64,000 bases of DNA from Escherichia coli. GTDB lineage: Bacteria > Pseudomonadota > Gammaproteobacteria > Enterobacterales > Enterobacteriaceae. Shown piece by piece: positions 28,745 through 41,663 of this stretch. The notes below the pieces were generated by a model, which saw only the letters and a program-made list of their open reading frames with translations, made no database searches and was not told where the DNA came from. Position 1 is the first letter of the stretch. Each line of letters starts with the position of its first letter. Both the position numbers and the translations under genes were made by a program. Location of the stretch: assembly GCF_965641715.1 (NCBI RefSeq), contig NZ_OZ282453.1; one strand, given 5' to 3'.

Positions 28745-29487
28745 ATAAATTACAGTCGTATTTCATTGCCAGCGTACTTTACGTAATGACACCCCATGCC
28801 TTTGCGCAAGGAACGGTGACTATTTATCTGCCTGGCGAACAACAGACACTTTCCGTTGGCCCCGTGGAGAATGTTGCCCAGTTGGTGACACAACCGCAAC
28901 TGCGCGATCGCCTCTGGTGGCCTGGTGCCCTGCTGACCGACTCCGCGGTGAAAGCTAAAGCGCTTAAAGACTACCAACATGTCATGGCACAGCTTGCTTC
29001 CTGGGAAGCAGAAGCTGACGACGATGTGGCGGCAACGATTAAATCCGTGCGCCAGCAGTTACTCAATCTCAATATCACTGGTCGCTTACCGGTCAAACTG
29101 GACCCTGATTTTGTACGAGTGGATGAGAACAGCAATCCCCCGCTGGTCGGGAACTATACGCTCTATACCGTACAGCGCCCGGTGACTATTACTCTTCTGG
29201 GTGCGGTTTCTGGGGCTGGGCAATTGCCCTGGCAGGCAGGCCGTAGCGTTACCGATTATCTGCAAGATCACCCCCGTCTTGCAGGCGCGGACAAGAATAA
29301 CGTTATCGTGATTACGCCTGAGGGTGAGACTGTCGTCGCCCCTGTTGCCCTGTGGAATAAAAGACATGTGGAACCACCGCCTGGCAGCCAGCTTTGGTTA
29401 GGCTTTTCTGCGCATGTACTGCCCGAAAAATATGCTGATTTAAATGACCAGATTGTGTCTGTTTTAACGCAACGTGTTCCTGACTGA
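28741..29487 (+). CDS. gfcC: Group 4 capsule protein GfcC
   Basis: Signal peptide; overlaps gfcB stop; synteny. Confidence 0.85.
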
Positions 29488-31583
29488 TGAAGAAGAATTC
29501 TTATCTTTTAAGCTGCCTGGCCATTGCCGTCTCCAGTGCCTGTCATGCTGAAGTATTAACCTACCCGGATCCGCTGGGTTCGTCGCAATCGGACTTTGGC
29601 GGCACAGGATTGTTGCAGATGCCAAATGCGCGCATCGCACCGGAAGGTGAATTCAGCGTCAACTACCGGGATAACGATCAATACCGTTTCTACTCCACCT
29701 CCGTGGCGCTGTTCCCATGGCTGGAAGGCACCATTCGTTATACGGATGTGCGCACACGTAAATATAGCCAGTGGGAAGATTTCAGCGGCGATCAGTCATA
29801 CAAAGACAAATCTTTCGATTTTAAACTTCGCTTGTGGGAAGAAGGTTACTGGCTACCGCAAGTGGCGTTTGGTAAACGTGATATTGCTGGTACGGGTCTG
29901 TTTGACGGTGAGTATCTGGTGGCCAGCAAGCAAGCGGGGCCATTTGATTTCACCCTCGGGATGGCATGGGGCTACGCCGGTAATGCGGGCAATATTACCA
30001 ACCCGTTTTGCCGGGTGAGCGATAAATATTGTCATCGCGCAGAGTCTCACGATGCGGGCGATATCAGCTTTAGCGATATCTTTCGTGGCCCGGCTTCCAT
30101 CTTTGGCGGCATTGAGTATCAAACGCCGTGGAATCCCCTGCGTCTGAAACTCGAATACGACGGCAACAATTACCAGAATGATTTCGCTGGCAAACTGCCT
30201 CAGGCAAGCCATTTCAACGTCGGTGCAGTTTATCGCGCTGCCAACTGGGCAGACCTCAACCTGAGTTATGAACGCGGTAACACGTTGATGTTTGGTTTCA
30301 CTTTACGGACCAATTTCAACGATCTGCGCCCTGCCCTGCGCGATACGCCAAAACCGGCATATCAACCTGCGCCTGAATCTGAAGGATTGCAGTACACCAC
30401 GGTAGCAAACCAACTTACCGCCCTGAAGTATAACGCGGGCTTTGACGCGCCAGAAATTCAGCTACGCGATAAGACGCTGTATATGTCTGGTCAGCAATAC
30501 AAATACCGTGACTCTCGTGAAGCGGTCGATCGTGCCAACCGGATTCTGGTGAATAACCTGCCGCAAGGCGTTGAGAAGATTAGCGTGACGCAAAAGCGCG
30601 AGCATATGGCGATGGTGACTACCGAAACCGACGTAGCCAGCCTGCGCAAACAGCTGGCTGGTACAGCGCCTGGTAAATCAGAGCAACTGCAACAACAACG
30701 TGTTGAAGCAGAAGATCTTTCTGCCTTTGGTCGGGGCTACCGTATTCGTGAAGATCGCTTTAGCTACTCTTTCAACCCAACACTTTCACAATCGCTGGGC
30801 GGCCCGGAAGATTTCTATATGTTCCAGTTGGGGCTGATGTCCAGCGCCCGCTACTGGTTTACTGACCACCTGCTGCTTGATGGCGGTATTTTCACCAATA
30901 TTTACAATAACTACGACAAGTTTAAGTCTTCGCTATTACCCGCGGACTCTACCCTGCCCCGCGTGCGCACGCATATCCGTGATTACGTTCGCAATGACGT
31001 TTATCTCAACAACTTGCAGGCGAACTACTTTGCCGACTTAGGCAATGGTTTCTATGGCCAGGTGTATGGCGGTTATCTGGAAACGATGTACGCCGGTGTC
31101 GGTTCCGAGCTGCTTTATCGCCCGCTAGATGCCAGCTGGGCGCTGGGTGTGGACGTTAACTACGTGAAGCAACGTGACTGGGACAACATGATGCGCTTCA
31201 CCGATTATTCCACGCCAACTGGTTTCGTGACGGCTTACTGGAACCCGCCGACGCTCAATGGCGTACTGATGAAACTTAGCGTTGGGCAATATCTGGCAAA
31301 AGATAAAGGCGCAACGATCGACGTCGCCAAACGCTTTGACAGCGGCGTGGCGGTAGGGGTATGGGCGGCAATCAGTAACGTATCTAAAGATGACTATGGC
31401 GAAGGCGGCTTTAGTAAAGGTTTTTATATCTCGATTCCGTTCGACTTGATGACCATTGGACCTAACCGCAACCGCGCGGTGGTTTCGTGGACACCATTGA
31501 CGCGTGATGGTGGACAAATGCTGTCACGCAAATACCAGCTCTATCCAATGACGGCAGAGCGAGAAGTACCGGTTGGACAATAA
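29487..31583 (+). CDS. gfcD: Outer membrane lipoprotein GfcD
   Basis: 698 aa, signal with Cys; synteny. Confidence 0.85.
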   Translation: MKKNSYLLSCLAIAVSSACHAEVLTYPDPLGSSQSDFGGTGLLQMPNARIAPEGEFSVNYRDNDQYRFYSTSVALFPWLEGTIRYTDVRTRKYSQWEDFSGDQSYKDKSFDFKLRLWEEGYWLPQVAFGKRDIAGTGLFDGEYLVASKQAGPFDFTLGMAWGYAGNAGNITNPFCRVSDKYCHRAESHDAGDISFSDIFRGPASIFGGIEYQTPWNPLRLKLEYDGNNYQNDFAGKLPQASHFNVGAVYRAANWADLNLSYERGNTLMFGFTLRTNFNDLRPALRDTPKPAYQPAPESEGLQYTTVANQLTALKYNAGFDAPEIQLRDKTLYMSGQQYKYRDSREAVDRANRILVNNLPQGVEKISVTQKREHMAMVTTETDVASLRKQLAGTAPGKSEQLQQQRVEAEDLSAFGRGYRIREDRFSYSFNPTLSQSLGGPEDFYMFQLGLMSSARYWFTDHLLLDGGIFTNIYNNYDKFKSSLLPADSTLPRVRTHIRDYVRNDVYLNNLQANYFADLGNGFYGQVYGGYLETMYAGVGSELLYRPLDASWALGVDVNYVKQRDWDNMMRFTDYSTPTGFVTAYWNPPTLNGVLMKLSVGQYLAKDKGATIDVAKRFDSGVAVGVWAAISNVSKDDYGEGGFSKGFYISIPFDLMTIGPNRNRAVVSWTPLTRDGGQMLSRKYQLYPMTAEREVPVGQ

Positions 31584-31628
31584 CCTGACGTAATTCATAA
31601 CATTACATTGACTGATAAATATAAACCA

Positions 31629-32768
31629 ATGAAAAAGAACATTTTTAAGTTTTCGGTACTGACATTGGCTGTTCTGTCTTTGACAGCATGTACCCTTGTT
31701 CCTGGTCAGAATTTATCGACCAGTAACAAGGATGTCATTGAACTACCTGACAATCAGTATGACCTGGACAAAATGGTCAATATCTATCCCGTCACGCCAG
31801 GATTGATTGATCAGTTGCGCGCCAAACCGATTATGTCGCAGGCTAACCCGGAGCTGGAGCAGCAAATCGCGAACTATGAATATCGTATCGGCATTGGTGA
31901 TGTGTTGATGGTTACGGTCTGGGATCACCCGGAACTAACCACCCCCGCAGGGCAATACCGTAGCGCCAGTGATACCGGCAACTGGGTTAACGCCGATGGT
32001 GCGATTTTCTACCCCTATATTGGTCGCCTGAAAGTGGCCGGGAAAACACTTACCCAGGTACGCAACGAGATTACAGCGCGTCTCGATTCAGTCATTGAAA
32101 GCCCGCAAGTCGATGTCAGCGTCGCGGCGTTCCGCTCGCAAAAAGCGTACGTCACCGGCGAAGTCAGCAAATCGGGTCAGCAGCCGATTACCAATATTCC
32201 TCTGACCATCATGGATGCGATTAACGCCGCGGGCGGTCTGACCGCAGATGCAGACTGGCGCAATGTGGTGCTCACCCAGAATGGCGTAAAGACCAAAGTG
32301 AACCTCTATGCGCTGATGCAGCGTGGCGACTTGCGCCAGAACAAACTGCTGCACCCGGGCGATATTTTATTTATTCCGCGCAACGATGATCTGAAAGTCT
32401 TCGTGATGGGTGAAGTGGGTAAACAGAGCACGCTGAAAATGGACCGCAGCGGTATGACCCTGGCGGAAGCGCTGGGTAACGCTGAGGGTATGAATCAGGA
32501 TGTCGCTGATGCGACGGGGATTTTTGTTATTCGTGCAACGCAAAACAAGCAGAATGGCAAAATCGCCAATATTTATCAGCTGAATGCGAAGGACGCATCG
32601 GCAATGATACTCGGAACGGAATTCCAGCTTGAACCTTACGACATTGTTTATGTCACTACCGCGCCTCTGGCTCGTTGGAACCGTGTGATTTCTCTGCTGG
32701 TACCGACGATTTCCGGGGTGCATGACCTGACAGAGACTTCACGGTGGATTCAAACATGGCCCAACTAA
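31629..32768 (+). CDS. gfcE: Wza-like polysaccharide export lipoprotein GfcE
   Basis: [21 protein letters not shown] lipoprotein signal; Wza family; 379 aa. Confidence 0.85.
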
Positions 32769-33202
32769 AATTTAACTCAATCCTGGTGGTTTGTACCGGC
32801 AACATTTGCCGTTCGCCCATTGGCGAGCGCTTGCTGCGTAAACGTCTGCCGGGCGTAAAAGTCAAATCGGCAGGTGTTCATGGTCTGGTAAAACACCCTG
32901 CAGATGCGACAGCGGCAGATGTTGCCGCTAATCATGGCGTATCTCTTGAAGGACATGCCGGACGTAAGCTCACTGCTGAGATGGCACGAAATTACGATCT
33001 GATTCTGGCAATGGAGTCGGAACATATTGCTCAGGTTACCGCAATCGCTCCCGAGGTCCGCGGGAAGACAATGCTGTTTGGGCAATGGCTGGAACAGAAA
33101 GAGATCCCGGATCCCTATCGTAAAAGTCAGGACGCATTTGAACATGTCTACGGTATGTTGGAGCGCGCCAGTCAGGAATGGGCGAAGCGCCTCAGCCGGT
33201 AA
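32756..33202 (+). CDS. etp: Low-molecular-weight protein-tyrosine phosphatase Etp
   Basis: CTGNICRS P-loop motif. Confidence 0.85.
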
Positions 33203-33221
33203 TTTGAGTTTATAAAATACG

Positions 33222-35402
33222 ATGACAACTAAAAATATGAATACGCCACCAGGCAGCACTCAGGAAAATGAGATCGATCTGCTTCGTCTGGTCGGCGAGT
33301 TATGGGATCACCGTAAGTTTATTATCAGCGTGACCGCGTTATTCACGCTGATCGCTGTCGCTTACTCGCTGTTAAGCACGCCAATTTATCAGGCAGACAC
33401 TCTGGTCCAGGTTGAGCAAAAACAGGGCAACGCCATTCTCAGCGGCCTGAGCGATATGATCCCTAACTCATCGCCCGAATCAGCACCGGAGATCCAACTG
33501 CTGCAATCGCGCATGATTCTCGGTAAAACCATTGCTGAACTGAATCTGCGCGACATGGTTGAGCAGAAGTATTTTCCGATTGTGGGTCGCGGCTGGGCGA
33601 GATTAACCAAAGAAAAACCAGGTGAGCTGGCGATCAGCTGGATGCATATTCCACAACTGAATGGTCAGGATCAGCAACTGACACTCACGGTTGGGGAAAA
33701 CGGCCACTATACGCTGGAAGGTGAAGAGTTCACCGTCAATGGTATGGTCGGCCAGCGTCTGGAAAAAGATGGCGTTGCGCTGACTATCGCGGACATTAAG
33801 GCCAAACCAGGAACACAGTTTGTCCTGAGCCAGCGTACCGAACTGGAAGCGATTAACGCGTTGCAGGAAACCTTTACCGTTAGCGAACGCAGTAAAGAAA
33901 GCGGGATGCTGGAACTTACCATGACTGGTGATGCTCCCCAGTTGATTACTCGTATTCTGAACAGCATCGCTAACAACTATTTGCAACAGAATATCGCTCG
34001 CCAGGCGGCGCAGGATTCACAAAGCCTTGAATTCTTACAGCGCCAGTTGCCAGAAGTGCGCAGCGAGCTGGACCAGGCGGAAGAAAAACTCAACGTTTAT
34101 CGCCAGCAGCGCGATTCGGTTGACCTTAACCTGGAAGCCAAAGCCGTTCTTGAGCAGATTGTGAACGTTGATAATCAACTCAATGAGCTGACCTTCCGCG
34201 AGGCAGAGATCTCCCAGCTGTATAAGAAAGATCACCCAACTTATCGTGCGCTGCTGGAAAAACGCCAGACGCTGGAGCAAGAACGCAAACGCCTGAATAA
34301 GCGGGTATCGGCAATGCCTTCCACCCAACAGGAAGTGTTGCGTTTAAGTCGTGACGTAGAAGCGGGCCGTGCGGTATATCTGCAATTACTTAACCGCCAG
34401 CAGGAGTTGAGTATTTCGAAATCCAGTGCCATTGGTAACGTGCGGATTATCGACCCGGCAGTCACTCAGCCGCAGCCAGTGAAACCGAAAAAAGCGTTGA
34501 ATGTGGTGCTTGGTTTTATTCTTGGCCTGTTTATTTCGGTGGGTGCCGTGCTGGCGCGTGCGATGTTGCGTCGTGGTGTAGAAGCCCCGGAACAACTGGA
34601 AGAGCACGGCATCAGCGTTTATGCCACCATCCCGATGTCCGAGTGGCTGGATAAACGTACCCGTCTGCGTAAGAAAAATTTATTTTCTAATCAGCAGCGC
34701 CATCGTACTAAAAATATCCCCTTCCTGGCGGTGGATAACCCGGCGGATTCTGCTGTGGAAGCCGTACGTGCGCTACGAACCAGTCTGCATTTCGCTATGA
34801 TGGAGACTGAGAATAACATTCTGATGATCACCGGTGCGACGCCAGACAGTGGTAAAACATTTGTCAGTTCAACTCTGGCAGCGGTGATCGCCCAGTCCGA
34901 TCAAAAAGTGTTATTTATTGATGCCGACTTACGCCGTGGTTATTCGCATAACCTGTTTACCGTGAGTAATGAACATGGCTTGTCGGAATATCTGGCAGGT
35001 AAAGATGAGCTCAACAAAGTGATCCAGCATTTTGGCAAAGGAGGCTTTGATGTGATTACTCGCGGTCAGGTGCCACCTAACCCGTCTGAACTGCTGATGC
35101 GCGATCGGATGCGTCAATTACTGGAATGGGCGAACGACCATTACGATCTGGTGATTGTCGATACGCCGCCGATGCTGGCGGTGAGCGATGCTGCGGTCGT
35201 GGGGCGCTCTGTCGGCACCAGCCTGCTGGTTGCACGTTTTGGCCTGAACACCGCCAAAGAGGTGAGTTTGTCAATGCAGCGTCTGGAACAGGCAGGCGTC
35301 AATATTAAAGGCGCTATCCTCAATGGTGTGATTAAACGCGCCAGCACCGCTTACAGTTACGGCTATAACTATTACGGTTATAGTTACTCCGAGAAAGAGT
35401 AA
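33222..35402 (+). CDS. etk: BY-kinase (tyrosine autokinase) Etk
   Basis: Wzc-like; Walker A GATPDSGKT; C-terminal Tyr cluster YSYGYNYYGYSY. Confidence 0.9.
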   Translation: MTTKNMNTPPGSTQENEIDLLRLVGELWDHRKFIISVTALFTLIAVAYSLLSTPIYQADTLVQVEQKQGNAILSGLSDMIPNSSPESAPEIQLLQSRMILGKTIAELNLRDMVEQKYFPIVGRGWARLTKEKPGELAISWMHIPQLNGQDQQLTLTVGENGHYTLEGEEFTVNGMVGQRLEKDGVALTIADIKAKPGTQFVLSQRTELEAINALQETFTVSERSKESGMLELTMTGDAPQLITRILNSIANNYLQQNIARQAAQDSQSLEFLQRQLPEVRSELDQAEEKLNVYRQQRDSVDLNLEAKAVLEQIVNVDNQLNELTFREAEISQLYKKDHPTYRALLEKRQTLEQERKRLNKRVSAMPSTQQEVLRLSRDVEAGRAVYLQLLNRQQELSISKSSAIGNVRIIDPAVTQPQPVKPKKALNVVLGFILGLFISVGAVLARAMLRRGVEAPEQLEEHGISVYATIPMSEWLDKRTRLRKKNLFSNQQRHRTKNIPFLAVDNPADSAVEAVRALRTSLHFAMMETENNILMITGATPDSGKTFVSSTLAAVIAQSDQKVLFIDADLRRGYSHNLFTVSNEHGLSEYLAGKDELNKVIQHFGKGGFDVITRGQVPPNPSELLMRDRMRQLLEWANDHYDLVIVDTPPMLAVSDAAVVGRSVGTSLLVARFGLNTAKEVSLSMQRLEQAGVNIKGAILNGVIKRASTAYSYGYNYYGYSYSEKE

Positions 35403-35417
35403 AACTGAAGGTAAAGT

Positions 35418-35452
35418 GACCGGATGCGGCGTGAACGCCTTTTCCGGTCTAC
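35418..35452. repeat. REP element
   Basis: gaccggatgcggcgtgaacgccttttccggtctac. Confidence 0.6.
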
Positions 35453-35521
35453 GCATTAGACAGTTCTTCGTTTGTCATCAGCCTCAGAGCATTCAGGTAG
35501 CTGAATGCTCTTTTTTATGCA

Positions 35522-36820
35522 TTACAAACTGCACGCCGGTATGCGTGCTTCATTCACGATTTGCGTAAAACCGGCCAACGAACACATGCCCTGCGCATTT
35601 CGCTCTTCACATCCTGCCAGGGTCAGTTTCACCTCTCCGGGCGGCGTATTTAATGACAGCGGCGTTTTATCACGCATCTGCTGTAAAGTCTGGAAGACCA
35701 GCGAAACCTGAATCCACTGGCTGTTATCGCTTAGCCGACGCCAGCGTTCAAACACCAGTTCACCACCTGGCGGCGTGTTATCCGGCTGACCTGGAAGCGT
35801 CCAGTTGAGCTCCAGTGCGCCGCCGAGATTTGCCAGATTAGTATCGTGTCCGGCGATAAACAGCACTGAAGTGGGTAATGTCACACCATACGCCTGTTTT
35901 TGCGGTGGATGGGGCGTCAACGCTGTCATGATCAAATCCAACAACGGGGTGGCGCGGCTGCGGGCAACCTCTGGCGTGCGTTGTAGTAAATAAAATTGCG
36001 CGTTATGCAAACTTAGCAACGTGTTCCACTGGTGTGAATCAGTGATCCTTCCCCACCCCGGCTCCGGCATTCCCTGTGCTTGTTGCAGGAGAAATATTTC
36101 CGTCAGCATTGATGCGAGGCTTACCGCACCGGTTAATGAGACATTGTCGGCGCTCACCTTGAGTTCCGATGGTAATGCCTGCGTTAATGAACAGCTTTCG
36201 TCCTGTTTCTCACGATTAAGGCACAAGTTTGATTGCGGGAAATTAAGCACCCGTTCCAGTTCGCGAAACGCCGTTTGCCGATGCCCGGTAAAGTCAGCAA
36301 TTGCCCCTCCTGCCCTGCTGAGGATCGCGTCAGTCACGTTCGCGTTATCCAGTTGGCAAACGCCAGTTTTTAGAGGATTAAATAACGGATCGGGACTGGA
36401 CGTATCTGCCTGGGTATGTACGGTTATTGCACAGTCAGGTGCCAGCCCGGCGGCGAAGGCTTCGCCTGTTTTACGGGTACGCTCGTCGACATCAGCAATA
36501 ATCGCGACCTGACCAGACTGCGGGCAGCCCTTTTTCGCCAGCAATCCGTCGGCTACCAGACGCTGGCGTTGGTAATGTCCGAGATAGGCGATTAGCTCAC
36601 CACCGCGCGGTGTCAGCCAACCCAGTTTTACCGGCCAGGTTGGCCATGCGTCTGGGGTGACATCCTGCATCAGTTGCGTGGCCTTGGTTGGTGCACGCAC
36701 ACCATGACGACTGACAATCACCACACTTTCCAGCTTCAGTTCCGGCTCACTCTGAGCGAATGCAGATTGTGGGGTTAACGGAATCAAAAGAGATAAAAAT
36801 GGGATTAAGATCGCTTTCAT
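35522..36820 (-). CDS. appA: Periplasmic phytase / acid phosphatase AppA
   Basis: MKAILIPFLSL... signal; RHGVRAP active-site motif; 432 aa. Confidence 0.9.
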   Translation of the reverse strand: MKAILIPFLSLLIPLTPQSAFAQSEPELKLESVVIVSRHGVRAPTKATQLMQDVTPDAWPTWPVKLGWLTPRGGELIAYLGHYQRQRLVADGLLAKKGCPQSGQVAIIADVDERTRKTGEAFAAGLAPDCAITVHTQADTSSPDPLFNPLKTGVCQLDNANVTDAILSRAGGAIADFTGHRQTAFRELERVLNFPQSNLCLNREKQDESCSLTQALPSELKVSADNVSLTGAVSLASMLTEIFLLQQAQGMPEPGWGRITDSHQWNTLLSLHNAQFYLLQRTPEVARSRATPLLDLIMTALTPHPPQKQAYGVTLPTSVLFIAGHDTNLANLGGALELNWTLPGQPDNTPPGGELVFERWRRLSDNSQWIQVSLVFQTLQQMRDKTPLSLNTPPGEVKLTLAGCEERNAQGMCSLAGFTQIVNEARIPACSL

Positions 36821-36854
36821 CGATATGTTTCCGCTTTTCATATCCGACATTATT

Positions 36855-36886
36855 GCCTGATGCGACGCTAATGCGCCGCATCAGGC
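36855..36886. repeat. REP element
   Basis: gcctgatgcgacgctaatgcgccgcatcaggc. Confidence 0.6.
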
Positions 36887-36895
36887 TTACGTTCG

Positions 36896-36988
36896 TTAAC
36901 TTTTCAGACGCGGGTCCAGCCATACCAACACAAGGGTGGAGAGCGAACACATCAACAAAATGCCGACGAACCAAAGTAAATACCACAT
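36896..36988 (-). CDS. appX: Cytochrome bd-II accessory small subunit AppX (30 aa)
   Basis: Manual translation MWYLLWFVGILLMCSLSTLVLVWLDPRLKS; below the ORF-track cutoff. Confidence 0.6.
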   Translation of the reverse strand: MWYLLWFVGILLMCSLSTLVLVWLDPRLKS

Positions 36989-37000
36989 TGTTCCTGCTCC

Positions 37001-38137
37001 TTAGTACAGCTCGTTTTCGTTACGGCGGAGAGTTTCTGTCGTCATGCGTCCCCACATTTTGTAGTAGCTCCAGAGAGTGTAGAGCAACACAATAGGCAAA
37101 AATATCAGCACGATTACCAACATAATGCTCAGCGTCAGCTGACTGGAAGTGCTGTCCCACAACGTCAGGCTGGAGATCGGACTCACGCTTGACGGCATGA
37201 CAAAGGGGAACAGCGTGATGCCTGCCGTGAAAATCACGCCAAATTGCATCAATGATGCCATCAAAAATCCCCAACCCGGGCGACCACGATAAATCGCCAT
37301 CACCGTCAGCAATGGGCAGAAGAACCCCAGCAGCGGGAAGATCCACAAAACGGGCGATTCGACAAAATTATTCATCCAGGCACCAGGTAGCACTGCCACC
37401 AGTTTCATTAACGGATTGGAAGGACCGTTAGCATCTTGGGCGAGCAGTACAAAGCCATCAATACCGACCCACAGCCAGTAACCCGCCAGCAAAAAGCACA
37501 GCATCACCAACAGTGCAGCGCGTTTAGTCGCCAGCTGTGAACGCAGATGAATCACACCAACAGTTTTCAGTTGTAACCAGACGCCACCTTGCAAAATCAC
37601 CATCCCAAGGCTGAGCAATCCGCACAATAAAGGGAATGGCGTCAGCAGTTGCCAGAAGCTGCCGAGATACTCCACGCGTAATTGCGGTGTGAAGGCAAAC
37701 GGCACGCCGAGCAGCAAGTTGCCGAAGGCGATACCGAAGACTACCGGCGGCACCAGACTGCCGATGACCAGACCGGCATCCCACATTTTACGCCAGCGTG
37801 CATCGGCGATTTTTCCGCGATAATCAAAGGCCAGCGGACGGAAGAACAGCGAGCACAGCACCAGGATCATCGCCACATAAAAGCCGGAAAACGCCGCTGC
37901 ATACACTCTGGGCCAGGCGGCAAATAATGCCCCACCTGCGAGGATCAACCAGACCTGATTGCCTTCCCAGTGCGCACCAACGCTATTAATCACTATCCGG
38001 CGTTCATCATCATTACGCGCCACCAGCGGCAGCAAACAGCCGATCCCCATGTCAAATCCGTCGGAGATCATAAAGACCACCAGGATCACGCCAATCAGCA
38101 GCCACCAGATGAAGCGCAATGTTTCATAATCAAACAT
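37001..38137 (-). CDS. appB: Cytochrome bd-II ubiquinol oxidase subunit II
   Basis: 378-aa polytopic membrane protein; synteny with appC. Confidence 0.9.
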
Positions 38138-38148
38138 GATTTTCTCCT

Positions 38149-39693
38149 TTACCCCTGTTGCTGCGTCGGTTGTTCACTCTGCATCGCGCTCGGCCCCAGA
38201 CGGGCATATTTCTGCATCAGGTAGACTTCGGCGATTAAGAACAGGGTGTAAAGGCCTACGATCATGATCAGTGAGAAAGCCAGTTGTCCTGTGGTTAAAG
38301 CGGAGTGCGCGGAGTATGTCGGTAAGATGTCCTGTATCGCCCACGGCTGACGACCAAACTCGGTCATAAACCACCCGGCTTCAATCGCAATCCACGGCAA
38401 CGGCAAACTCCAGAGCGCCATTTTCAGCACCCAGCGATGCTGGTCGATTTTGCCACGCAGCATCTGGACAAGCGCAATCAGCATCACCAGTAGCAGCAGG
38501 GAACCACAGCCCACCATGATGCGGAAACTCCAGAATACCGGCGCAACCTGAGGTATCGCGCCACGCATCGCCGCCTGGTACTGTGCGGCTGTGACATGAT
38601 TCATATCCGGCGCATAGCGGGAGAGCAACATGCCGTAGCCCAGGTCGCCTTCCAGCTCCCGGAATGACTGCAACACATGCGGCTCACGATTGCCTTGCGA
38701 TATTTCCTGCATTAACAGCCAGGCCATACGTCCGCGTTGCAAGCGTGGGTAGGTTTCAGCCATCAAATTCTTCAGACCCGGCACGGGTTTATCTAATGAG
38801 TGAGTGGCGAGGATCCCTAGCAGCGCGGGAATTTTGATGGCAAAGGCGTTACGCTCTTGATCCTGTTCCGGCCATGCAACCACATGGAACGGTGCAGGTG
38901 CAGGTTCCGTTTGCCACTCCCCTTCCATCGCCGCCAGTTTTACCGGTTGTACTTGCGCGACTTCATACGCAGAACTGTCTCCGAGTTGCAGCGTGCCAAT
39001 AATCGCCAGAGTACCGAAGACGGAACCGATGGCAAACGAGCGTAATGCGACATCGCGCTCCCGTCCGCGCAGTAAATACCAGGCGCTGATCGCCATAATA
39101 AACATGGCCCCGGTCACGTAGCCCGCCATTACGGTGTGCACAAATTTCACCTGGCTGACCGGGTTAAAGACCAGCTCGCTGAAGCTGGTCATCTCCATAC
39201 GCAGGGTGTCGATATCAAAATGCGCACCGGTCGGGTATTGCATCCAACCGTTGGCATTCAATATCCACAATGCAGAGAGATTTGAACCGAACGCCACCAG
39301 CCACGTCACCAGCAGGTGCTGGTATTTATTCAGCCGCTGCCAGCCGAAGAAGAAAAGCCCGACAAAGGTGGATTCGAGGAAGAAGGCCATTAATGCTTCC
39401 ATCGCCAGCGGTGCGCCAAAAATATCGCCCACATAGTTGGAATAGAATGACCAGTTAGTACCAAACTGAAACTCCATGGTCAGGCCGGTAGCCACGCCAA
39501 GAGCAAAGTTGATACCGAAGAGCTTACCCCAGAAGCGCGTCATATCGCGGTAGATTGTTTTGCCGGTGACCACGTAAATGGTTTCCATGATAGCCAGCAA
39601 AAAAATCAGCCCCAGGGTAAGGGGTACAAATAAAAAGTGATACAGCGCGGTCAGCGCAAACTGCCAGCGCGATAAATCAATGACATCCCACAT
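38149..39693 (-). CDS. appC: Cytochrome bd-II ubiquinol oxidase subunit I
   Basis: [28 protein letters not shown]...; 514 aa. Confidence 0.9.
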
Positions 39694-39826
39694 GCGCACT
39701 CCTGTAGGCGAAGAGAGAAAAATAACCCGATAATGGTAGATCTCCCTCTTTATCCTGAAACTCTACGACCAGAGGTATTCGCCGATTGCGATATTCATAA
39801 GACTGAAAGCGATACTTACCGTCTTT

Positions 39827-40684
39827 TTACGTCGGTGCAGCTTCCGCCAGCCACTGACATACCTCGCTAAGCCGCTGCGCAGAGTCGACCAAATCTTCTG
39901 GCGCTGCCAGCACCACTTCCGGTATTGGGCAGATTTCATAACTTTCCAGTAACGGGCCTTTTAAGGTGTCCGTACAGCGTAAATGCCAGACATGGCGTAA
40001 CCCCGTGGCGTTGATATAGCTCTCGCCATAGCCAATGGTACGAATCTGAATATTTCCCGGCCCACAGAGACGTGAGAGAAAAAGCCGATCAGCCTCGCTG
40101 ATGGGTAATTGCGTCAGATTAATGCTGTGCGGCTGCGCGTCGGGGTTACGTACATGCGCCAGTAACTCATGCGCCAACGGTAGGCCATTCATCAGGCCAT
40201 CAATGGGCGGCGGTAACAGCGAATCTGTCGGCAAGAGATTTTGCGTGGCCGCCTGCCACAACGCCAGCGGCGCGCAGCCGGCCTCCAGTTTGTCCTCCAG
40301 CAACTTTTCGCCGCGACGTCTGCGCACCCGCCATAATCCGCAGAAGATCGCCTCCTGTATTTCACTTTCGCTGTCGTCAGCCTGCTGAATGCGCACTGAC
40401 ACTTCCCCTTCCCCGAGAAGCGTATTGATAAAGTGACGATCGTCGGCGTTGAGATTTAACAGATCGACTGCCAGCACCTCGCCCAACGGCGGCTGGCGTT
40501 CGCTTAGTTGATGTTGTAACTCGTTTAACAGCGCAATCACCTGCGGGCTGTGAGCACACTGTTCCAGGGCCGCCATACTCGGTTCATCATTCACCTGACA
40601 GGTGATCGGCAGTGGATTCATGCTGAAACTGTCATCGTTCGGTTGCGTTCCTGGCCCCAGCAGATGGAAAAAAGTTTCGCTCAT
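39827..40684 (-). CDS. hyaF: Hydrogenase-1 operon protein HyaF
   Basis: [18 protein letters not shown]...; 285 aa. Confidence 0.85.
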   Translation of the reverse strand: MSETFFHLLGPGTQPNDDSFSMNPLPITCQVNDEPSMAALEQCAHSPQVIALLNELQHQLSERQPPLGEVLAVDLLNLNADDRHFINTLLGEGEVSVRIQQADDSESEIQEAIFCGLWRVRRRRGEKLLEDKLEAGCAPLALWQAATQNLLPTDSLLPPPIDGLMNGLPLAHELLAHVRNPDAQPHSINLTQLPISEADRLFLSRLCGPGNIQIRTIGYGESYINATGLRHVWHLRCTDTLKGPLLESYEICPIPEVVLAAPEDLVDSAQRLSEVCQWLAEAAPT

Positions 40685-41079
40685 GAGGCACGCTCCTGTT
40701 GTGGTTCGACAAGCCCACGCATCAGGTTTATCAGTTCCGCCCACGGGTGAATACCATTCAGCACGCCGCGATAGTTTCCGCCGGTAAACACTAAAGTGGC
40801 GGGAAAGCGAAAGACGCCAAAGCGATCGCCGATGGCTTCGCTCTGCTCAAGGTCAGCAATCGCCACCTGCCATGTATAGTCGGGAAACTCGCGCAGTAAT
40901 TCGCCAATCATTACCGGATTATCGCTGACCTCTGGCGTGCGTTTCGGGTCACTGTTTAATAACACCACGCCGTCTGGCGCTTGCGTAAGCCAGTCGTCAA
41001 GACGGGATTCACTGACCGGCGTCCAGCCGCGCGCCAGCATTCGTTGCCACAACGCATCAAATGGCGTGTCGTTGCTCAT
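40681..41079 (-). CDS. hyaE: Hydrogenase-1 operon protein HyaE
   Basis: 132 aa; ATGA overlap with hyaF. Confidence 0.85.
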   Translation of the reverse strand: MSNDTPFDALWQRMLARGWTPVSESRLDDWLTQAPDGVVLLNSDPKRTPEVSDNPVMIGELLREFPDYTWQVAIADLEQSEAIGDRFGVFRFPATLVFTGGNYRGVLNGIHPWAELINLMRGLVEPQQERAS

Positions 41080-41663
41080 CCCTGCTCCTCCAGTGTCATC
41101 CTGTACTGGCGCAAGCGAACGCCTTCGTAATTTTCCATCGACAGACAGTCATAATTGAGACAGCGCGATTCAATAGCCGGTTGCGGCACAATTCCCCATG
41201 CAGCCAGCTGCGCCAGCGCCGCCTGTTCCGCTGCGGGCAGTTGCTCCCGTGCCAGTTCGCTCAGGCTGCCGCCGTAGTCGTCGAGCATTGCGGGTTGCAG
41301 ACCGACGAGGGCAATATGTGCTGGCAGATGTCCGCGGATATCTGCCAGCGCCAGCACTTCGGAGAAACTGTTCTGGTGCAGGCTCATTTTCTTCGCGCTG
41401 AGATAAGCCGGAATACGTTCTCCGGCATAGGTTCGCAGCGTTCCAGGTTCCAGCCCGTAGTCAATGGCATCGAGAATCAACAGATGGCTGGCGCTTTCGA
41501 CATACCCCAGCAAGTTCAGTCCCTGAGTACCGCCATCGACAATCTCCACATACTCGGGCCAGTGGTAATGGGCATACAACCGTTCCGCCACCCGCACGCC
41601 GAAACCTTCATCGGCCCACAGCAGGTTGCCCAGCCCCATTACCACCACGCGTTGCTCGCTCAT
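41076..41663 (-). CDS. hyaD: Hydrogenase-1 maturation protease HyaD
   Basis: [22 protein letters not shown]... endopeptidase family. Confidence 0.9.
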   Translation of the reverse strand: MSEQRVVVMGLGNLLWADEGFGVRVAERLYAHYHWPEYVEIVDGGTQGLNLLGYVESASHLLILDAIDYGLEPGTLRTYAGERIPAYLSAKKMSLHQNSFSEVLALADIRGHLPAHIALVGLQPAMLDDYGGSLSELAREQLPAAEQAALAQLAAWGIVPQPAIESRCLNYDCLSMENYEGVRLRQYRMTLEEQG